Shown piece by piece: positions 57,755 through 64,000 of a stretch of DNA of 64,000 nt. This stretch comes from Thermotoga sp. (GTDB taxonomy: Bacteria > Thermotogota > Thermotogae > Mesoaciditogales > Mesoaciditogaceae). The stretch spans positions 8,453 through 72,452 of the forward strand of contig DYLQ01000005.1 of NCBI GenBank assembly GCA_020722015.1, written 5' to 3'. Numbering within the stretch: position 1 is the stretch's first letter; the number at the start of each line of letters is the position of its first letter. Position numbers and translations under genes: made by a program. The notes under the pieces were generated by a model, which ran no database searches, had not been told where the DNA came from, and was given only the letters and a program-made list of their open reading frames with translations.

Positions 57755-59040
57755 TGATCGATCGAATAATTGATGCTCTTAGATCTCAAAGGGAAGTCGA
57801 CGATTGGAAGATAATAGAAAGAAGAGTCGATGGAAGGGAATTATTTTTCGTCAAAGATGCACTCGACATGAATAGGGCAAAACAAACACAGAAATTTTTT
57901 GTCACAGTGTATCATGATTTCGAAGAAAATGGAAAATTTTACAGGGGTTCATCTGAATTTACAATTCATCCAGGAGAAATCAAAATTGAATCTTTGATAA
58001 AAGAAAATGTCTTTTCATCTAAATTCGTGAAAAATATACCATATCCACTTGTAACATCTTCTGAAAAACGTATAGCCTTCACAAAGGCAATACCAATTGA
58101 TTCCATTAACGAAGTTGCTTACGATATGTACAGTGAAAAATTGGAAAACACATGGATAAATTCTTCAGAGATCTTCATGGATCATGTTGAAGAAAGAATT
58201 GTAAATTCGAAAGGTGTAGATGTCTCAAATGACGTTAGCAGTCTTTACGTTGAATTTGTGACAACATCCCGTTTTGAGAAAACCGAGGTTGAACTTTACT
58301 GGAATTTCAAATTTTCAAAGTTCGAAGATAAAGTTATAAGAGACAAAGTCGTAAATGCCATGAAATTAACAAAAGATAGGGCGCATGCCGTAAGTACTCC
58401 TAATCTTAAGGATATTCCCGTCATCCTTGTCGGTGAATCTGTAAAAGAGTTTTTCAAATACCATCTTTACAAAGTATCCGCAAGATACATCTACCAACAT
58501 CTTTCAAATGCAAAAATAGGTATGGATCTTCATGAAAATAATCAGAAATGCGATGGAATAACGATGTGGATAGATCCATTCTTAGAAGGTTCGGCTTATT
58601 CGGTCGGTTACGATGAAGATGGTTTTCCCCTCATAAAAATAAAGATAATAGATAATTCAAGCGTTAAAAACATATGGGGAGACATAAGATACGCACATTA
58701 CCTTGGAATTGAACCGACAGGTCATATGACAAATTTTACGGTCGAACCCGGAAAAACCAGTGAAGATGATCTCGAAACAGGTAAGTACGTTAAGGTGCTG
58801 TCCTTTTCGGATTTTGGCATGGATCCCATAACGGGAGATTTTGGAGGAGAAATAAGGCTTGGCTGGTATAGTGATGGTAAAAAAACAATACCTATAACAG
58901 GCGGATCTATTTCTGGCAGCATATCCGATCTCTTCGAGATCGTACTTTCAAAAGAGACACAGCAGATCGATAATTTTACAGGTCCCAATAGTTTGAAAAT
59001 CATCGGGGCAAAAATTTCCGGAAGCAAAACAAGCACATAG
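57751..59040 (+). CDS. PmbA/TldE-family partner
   Basis: YDEDG, DPITGDFGGE; no HExxxH; coupled to tldD. Confidence 0.85.
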   Translation: MMIDRIIDALRSQREVDDWKIIERRVDGRELFFVKDALDMNRAKQTQKFFVTVYHDFEENGKFYRGSSEFTIHPGEIKIESLIKENVFSSKFVKNIPYPLVTSSEKRIAFTKAIPIDSINEVAYDMYSEKLENTWINSSEIFMDHVEERIVNSKGVDVSNDVSSLYVEFVTTSRFEKTEVELYWNFKFSKFEDKVIRDKVVNAMKLTKDRAHAVSTPNLKDIPVILVGESVKEFFKYHLYKVSARYIYQHLSNAKIGMDLHENNQKCDGITMWIDPFLEGSAYSVGYDEDGFPLIKIKIIDNSSVKNIWGDIRYAHYLGIEPTGHMTNFTVEPGKTSEDDLETGKYVKVLSFSDFGMDPITGDFGGEIRLGWYSDGKKTIPITGGSISGSISDLFEIVLSKETQQIDNFTGPNSLKIIGAKISGSKTST

Positions 59041-59127
59041 CAGATTTAGAGTTGAATTGGCAATATAATGATATAATTTGTTTAATCAAGTTTAATAGAG
59101 GTTGTGCATAATGAAAGAAGGTAAAAC

Positions 59128-59778
59128 ATGAAGGAAAGCATAATGATACTTGATGCATGCCAGCAAATAACTGATTTAAAACTTGTCTCAAGTACATGGG
59201 GAAATGTATCTATAAGACTTGAAAACGGAAATATAATCATAACTCCAAGTGGCATACCCTACGATGAAATAAGAGAAGAAGATATTGTATTATGTGATAA
59301 AGACGGTAATGTAATTGAAGGAACACTTTTACCGTCAAGTGAATTGAAAATGCATGTTGCCCTATACGCTAAGCGTAGCGATGTAAATGCCATAGTTCAC
59401 ACTCACAGCCTTTACGCCTCGATAGCATCCTCAATTTTCGACGAGGTGCCGATTCTCGTTGAAGATGTTGCCATGGTTATAGGCAGTACCATAAAGGTTA
59501 CAAAATACAAATTGCCCGGCACAGCCGAACTTGCAAATGAAGTTGTGAATATCATAGAAGATGGTAACGCGGTTATAATTTCAAATCATGGGCAAGTTGC
59601 CGTCGGCTCGACAATGGATGATGCCCTGCTTTCCGCGCAAATGTGCGAGAAGGCCGCACAAATGTATGTCATGGCGATTCAAAGCGGAAGGTCTCCGCGT
59701 GCGCTTTCAGACAGAGACATAAATGTGCTTTACGAAAAATACGTCAACTCTTACAAAAAACTCAAGGAGAAAAAATGA
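59128..59778 (+). CDS. class II aldolase/adducin family protein
   Basis: TWGNVS, ITPSG, PSSELKMH, VHTHS, NHG. Confidence 0.92.
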   Translation: MKESIMILDACQQITDLKLVSSTWGNVSIRLENGNIIITPSGIPYDEIREEDIVLCDKDGNVIEGTLLPSSELKMHVALYAKRSDVNAIVHTHSLYASIASSIFDEVPILVEDVAMVIGSTIKVTKYKLPGTAELANEVVNIIEDGNAVIISNHGQVAVGSTMDDALLSAQMCEKAAQMYVMAIQSGRSPRALSDRDINVLYEKYVNSYKKLKEKK

Positions 59779-61025
59779 GCAAAGTTTTGAAAAATGCATT
59801 GGTATTCGGCAATGATTTTTCATTTAAAGAACAAACTCTCTACATAGAAAATGACAGAATAGCGGATTTTGCAATGGGAGAAGTTGAAGATCTCAATGGT
59901 ATGCTTGTCATGCCTGGACTTGTGAATACACATACCCATGCCGCCATGACCATCTTTAGAGGTATTGCCGAAGATGTGGATCTTAACGATTGGCTGTTGA
60001 AATACATCTTTCCAAGAGAAGATAAGTTAACGGAAGAAGACATTTACATCGGAAGCCTTGTGGGATTCATGGAAATGATTAAAAATGGCATAACGACTTT
60101 CGTTGACATGTACTTTTACGAAGATGCGATATACCAAGCCGCAAAAGATCTCGGCATAAGAGGGATCGTGGCGAGAGGTCTTGCCGATACAGATGGTAAG
60201 GGAGAAAAAAAACTGCTTCTTGCTGAAAAATTTGTGAAAAAACACAACGATGACCCACTTGTAAAGGGTGGATTTGGGCCACATGCGATTTACACATGCT
60301 CTATGGATTATTTCAAAGAAGTGGTAAAAGTTTCAAAGAATTACGACCTTACGATTACATTTCATTTACTTGAATCTCCAGACGAAAGAGACAACTTCAA
60401 AAAAGAAAATGGAATTGAGCCAGTTGAATTTCTTGATTCGATAGGAGCATTTGGTAAAAACACGATAATAGCTCATGGAACTCACCTGAACAGCGATGAA
60501 CTTCGCTTGATATCCAAAAGGGGATCAACCATTTCTTACAATCCTACTTCCAATGCTAAACTTGGAAATGGAATAGCTCCTATAAAAGAAGCCATAGAGA
60601 TGGGTGTTAACGTGACATTAGGTACAGATTCTGCTGCTTCTAACAACAGTCTTAATATCTTCAGTGAGATGAAATTTGGTGCTCTTATCCAGAGGGCAAA
60701 ATTTTGCGATCCAAAGATCTTGAAATTGGAAGAGATCGTCAGAATGGGAACATCGAATGCAAGAAAAGTTTTGCCATTCGACATTGGTACTTTGGAAAGT
60801 GGCATGCTTGCAGATCTTATTGTCGTAGATGCCGATAATTTTTCTATGATACCCAAAGAAAATATGCTTGCCAATATCGTTTACGCCTTTGATACTGCTT
60901 CCATAAAACGTGTCATGGTAGGTGGAAAATGGATTTATCATGATGGGGCATTTCTCACCGTAGATGGTAAGAAGGTGATAGAAAACTTTGAAAAAGCATA
61001 CGGCGATCTTAATTCTCGCCTTTGA
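59775..61025 (+). CDS. 5'-methylthioadenosine/SAH deaminase-like amidohydrolase (MtaD-like)
   Basis: PGLVNTHTH, GPHAIYTC, HLLES, AHGTH, NPTSNAKLG, GTDSAASNN; ATG 59775. Confidence 0.88.
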   Translation: MSKVLKNALVFGNDFSFKEQTLYIENDRIADFAMGEVEDLNGMLVMPGLVNTHTHAAMTIFRGIAEDVDLNDWLLKYIFPREDKLTEEDIYIGSLVGFMEMIKNGITTFVDMYFYEDAIYQAAKDLGIRGIVARGLADTDGKGEKKLLLAEKFVKKHNDDPLVKGGFGPHAIYTCSMDYFKEVVKVSKNYDLTITFHLLESPDERDNFKKENGIEPVEFLDSIGAFGKNTIIAHGTHLNSDELRLISKRGSTISYNPTSNAKLGNGIAPIKEAIEMGVNVTLGTDSAASNNSLNIFSEMKFGALIQRAKFCDPKILKLEEIVRMGTSNARKVLPFDIGTLESGMLADLIVVDADNFSMIPKENMLANIVYAFDTASIKRVMVGGKWIYHDGAFLTVDGKKVIENFEKAYGDLNSRL

Positions 61026-61485
61026 GTTGTTATCGCTAACTTTGATCTTGAGTGCTTGCTTTTTGACGAAGTTCAACATAAGTACGCTTAGATCTTTCGT
61101 TCCGGCAGGATATACAGTTAAATTTTATGAGATAAAAGTTAAACCTTCAGAATTCATCGGATACAAGTCTGTAAAAATATTGAGAAGCGTGTTTGCAACT
61201 TACTCCTCTACCGCATCGACGATAGATCTTCACGCAGCGGAATTCGATAGTTCCTTTGATATGCATGATCTTTGGTACAAATTTGCAAAATCGCAGGTTG
61301 GCACTTGGAACGCACTCGACAGCAGCCTCTGGTGGTTTTCCGGCACTTTGAAGACCCCTGAATATCTTGCTTGGTATTCGAATTACACGATCTTCATACT
61401 CAAATCAAGCGAAAATGCCGATCTTGCATCCGTGAAAAAGCAAATTGAAAATTTCATGAATGTTTTTGGGAGTGTTCAAAGTTGA
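60988..61485 (+). CDS. hypothetical protein, possible lipoprotein
   Basis: N-terminal KK plus hydrophobic stretch, LSAC lipobox (Cys24). Confidence 0.6.
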   Translation: MKKHTAILILAFELLSLTLILSACFLTKFNISTLRSFVPAGYTVKFYEIKVKPSEFIGYKSVKILRSVFATYSSTASTIDLHAAEFDSSFDMHDLWYKFAKSQVGTWNALDSSLWWFSGTLKTPEYLAWYSNYTIFILKSSENADLASVKKQIENFMNVFGSVQS

Positions 61486-62468
61486 TTTACAGAGAGTTGG
61501 CACCTTACCTTAAAGAAAAATATGGCGTGCGCGTTCAAAGAATTTCCATATCCTATTTTAAAACGTGTCCCAACCGTGATGGCACAGTTGGCTTTGGCGG
61601 ATGTACCTTTTGTGAAGAAACCGGAAGCGGATTTGCCAACAAATTCAAAAATCTTGAAGTTAAATCCCAGATGATGGAAGGAATGAAAGCGGCTCGCCAA
61701 AAGTACAAAGCAGAGAAATTCATGGCATATTTTCAATCTTTCACTAATACCTATGGCCCCATCGAAGAGCTCGAAAAAGTTTACAACGATGCAATCATCG
61801 ATGATGTTGTTGCGCTTGATATTTCGACAAGGCCTGATGCTTTTTCCGAAGAAACAGCAGAACTTTTAAAAGATATATCCTCCAAAAGAAAAGTAGACAT
61901 ATTCGTTGAATTTGGTCTTGAATCGGTAAACGAAAACACACTTGTTGCGGTTAACCGCGGTCATTCTGTTGGAGAATTCATAGATTCTGTCTTAAGGGCC
62001 AAAGATTATGGATTTGAAACCATTGCGCATGTTATTCTTGATCTTCCTTCAGATACAATAGATGATGAAATTGCATGTGCGAAGATACTTTCAGCGCTCA
62101 AAGTGAACGGTGTCAAAATGCACTCACTTTACATAATTCCAGGAACCAAAATGGGTCAAGATTACATCGCTGGGAAAATAAAGCCTCTGGATGCAAAGGA
62201 ATACATTCGCAGAGCGGCCGTTTTTTTATCTTATCTCGATCCTCAAATTGTCATCCATAGGATAATATCTACCCCACCTAATAACTCCATTTACTCTGTT
62301 GGACTTTCTTCAGCTCAGGCAAAAAAAATCATAGAAGCGGAAATGATGAAAGCTTCCAAATTTCAAGGCAGCGATTTCAATTATCTTAACGGTGGAAGTT
62401 GGCGAAAGAAATTTTTCGAAAGGAGAAATTCGGATGGATTACGTTCAGATGGTCAAAGAGTCGGTTGA
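61482..62468 (+). CDS. TIGR01212 (YhcC/YtqA-like) radical SAM protein
   Basis: TCPNRDGTVGFGGCTFC, YFQSFTNTY, ISTRPD, EFGLES, GVKMH. Confidence 0.92.
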   Translation: MIYRELAPYLKEKYGVRVQRISISYFKTCPNRDGTVGFGGCTFCEETGSGFANKFKNLEVKSQMMEGMKAARQKYKAEKFMAYFQSFTNTYGPIEELEKVYNDAIIDDVVALDISTRPDAFSEETAELLKDISSKRKVDIFVEFGLESVNENTLVAVNRGHSVGEFIDSVLRAKDYGFETIAHVILDLPSDTIDDEIACAKILSALKVNGVKMHSLYIIPGTKMGQDYIAGKIKPLDAKEYIRRAAVFLSYLDPQIVIHRIISTPPNNSIYSVGLSSAQAKKIIEAEMMKASKFQGSDFNYLNGGSWRKKFFERRNSDGLRSDGQRVG

Positions 62469-63267
62469 ATTTTTGAAATCAAAGGTAAAAAGTAAGCCTC
62501 GAATTGCCATAGTACTTGGTTCCGGACTTTCCGTCATAAAAGAAAGCCTGGATGTTGAAACTAAGATAAAATACGCTGAAATACCCCATTTTCCGGTTTC
62601 AACGGCACCAGGCCACGCCGGCGAGATGATTTTCGGCAAATGGAACGACGTTGACGTCGTGCTTATGAACGGACGGTTCCATTTTTACGAAGGTTACTCG
62701 ATGAAAGAAGTCACAATGGCGGTACGCGTTTTTCAACTCATGGAGGTTAAATATCTGTTTATCACGAATGCTGCCGGTGGACTTAATCATTCATTTGAAC
62801 CGGGCCATCCCATGATAATAACGGATCACATAAATTTCATGGGCGATAATCCTTTAATAGGTAAAAACATCGAAGAATGGGGCGTCAGATTTCCCGATAT
62901 GTCGGATGCTTACAATTCTAAACTTGCTTTAATTGCAGAAGAAGTGGCAAAAGAATTGCCTATTGAGTATTACAAGGGAATTTACGTTGCGGTTGCAGGG
63001 CCATCCTTCGAAACTCCGGCGGAATTAAAGATGTTCAGATACCTTGGCGCCGATGCAGTTGGTATGTCAACCGTACCTGAGGTTATAGTTGCGAACCATG
63101 CCGGCATAAAAGTGCTTGCCATATCGGCAATTACCGATCGTGCTATACCGGAGGGCTTAGCACCTTTGACGGCTGAAGAAGTGCTGAAAGTTGCTGAAAA
63201 GACGGGCATTCAGATATCAAAAATATTTGAGGGCGTTATAAAAGAAATCGGAGAGGAACTCAAATGA
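62434..63267 (+). CDS. purine nucleoside phosphorylase, trimeric type, paralog 1 (Asp variant)
   Basis: IVLGSGL, GRFHFYEG, TNAAGG, GPSFETPAE, GMSTVPE, ITDRA; AGGAG SD before ATG 62434. Confidence 0.93.
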   Translation: MDYVQMVKESVEFLKSKVKSKPRIAIVLGSGLSVIKESLDVETKIKYAEIPHFPVSTAPGHAGEMIFGKWNDVDVVLMNGRFHFYEGYSMKEVTMAVRVFQLMEVKYLFITNAAGGLNHSFEPGHPMIITDHINFMGDNPLIGKNIEEWGVRFPDMSDAYNSKLALIAEEVAKELPIEYYKGIYVAVAGPSFETPAELKMFRYLGADAVGMSTVPEVIVANHAGIKVLAISAITDRAIPEGLAPLTAEEVLKVAEKTGIQISKIFEGVIKEIGEELK

Positions 63268-64000
63268 TAGAAGAGACTGTCGAAGTTTTAAAGTCGAAGA
63301 TCGGGAATGTGGATGTTGCGATTGTTTTAGGATCCGGCCTTGGGAGACTTGCAAATGAAGTCAAAGATGCTGTACACATTCGATACTCTGAGATCCCGGG
63401 CTTTCTGAGATCGACGGCACCAGGTCATACCGGCGAGATGGTATACGGTCTCATAAACAAAAAACGTGTTTTGCTGATGAACGGGCGTTTTCACATGTAT
63501 GAAGGTTATTCCCCTAAAGATGTCGCATATCCCGTTGAAGTGATGAAAATGATAGGTGTGAAGAAGTTGATGGTCACAAACGCTGCGGGAGGGATAAAAC
63601 TTTCATTTGTTCCGGGTCAACTCGTCTTCATAAAAGACGTAATCAACTTTGCCTTCAGAAACCCTTTGATTGGTCCAAACGATGAGAAAATTGGCCCTCG
63701 ATTTCCGGATATGTCGCAACCACTTTCTTTAGAATGGATAGAAAAGGCAAATAACGCCATTTATGAAAATATGAAACAAAAATTGGAAATTGGTACCTAC
63801 GCCTTAATGCTTGGTCCAAGTTATGAGACGCCTGCTGAGATAATGATGCTGAGAAAATTAGGCGTAGACATGGTTGGCATGTCGACAGTTCCAGAAATAA
63901 TAAAGGCAAACCATGTTGGATTGGAAATTATGGGCATATCCTGCGTTACGAATATGGCAGCGGGCGTGCTTAAACAACCACTTTCTGAAAAAGAAGTGCT
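63264..64000 (+). CDS. purine nucleoside phosphorylase paralog 2, 3'-truncated by the window edge
   Basis: ATG 63264 overlaps the previous stop; IVLGSGLG, GRFHMYEG, TNAAGG, GPSYETPAE, GMSTVPE, SCVTNMAAG. Confidence 0.92.
   Translation, partial: MIEETVEVLKSKIGNVDVAIVLGSGLGRLANEVKDAVHIRYSEIPGFLRSTAPGHTGEMVYGLINKKRVLLMNGRFHMYEGYSPKDVAYPVEVMKMIGVKKLMVTNAAGGIKLSFVPGQLVFIKDVINFAFRNPLIGPNDEKIGPRFPDMSQPLSLEWIEKANNAIYENMKQKLEIGTYALMLGPSYETPAEIMMLRKLGVDMVGMSTVPEIIKANHVGLEIMGISCVTNMAAGVLKQPLSEKEV

Noticed and set aside
59081-59094. TTAATCAAGTTTAA resembling an element arm
   Set aside because: No TATA terminus or other element parts

Overview
64-kb, gene-dense, low-GC bacterial chromosome segment. It is most likely Thermotogota, inferred from the large NusG and RpoC insertions, tRNA-Arg(UCG) and gene order. 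Mostly housekeeping: metF, a WbpE/A/B-like nucleotide-sugar trio, RNase P RNA, 6 tRNAs, rimO-pgsA-thpR-recA-recX-rny, proCAB, a pyrB-C-K-D-F-E operon, rpmG-secE-nusG-rplKAJL-rpoBC, tldD/pmbA and a purine-nucleoside salvage cluster. No CRISPR array, transposase, integrase or prophage was seen. Two non-coding signals stand out. (1) Four copies (5314, 17769, 35518, 40471) of a ~150-bp TATA-bounded, nested-palindromic interspersed element (MITE-like) with mosaic arms and core. One copy supplies the pyrB C-terminus and others contribute promoter hexamers. (2) A complete E. coli pyrL-like leader in front of pyrB (promoter, SD, 47-aa ORF, pause hairpin, U tracts, intrinsic terminator), with no pyrR in the operon. 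All calls come from reading motifs by eye; no searches were run.
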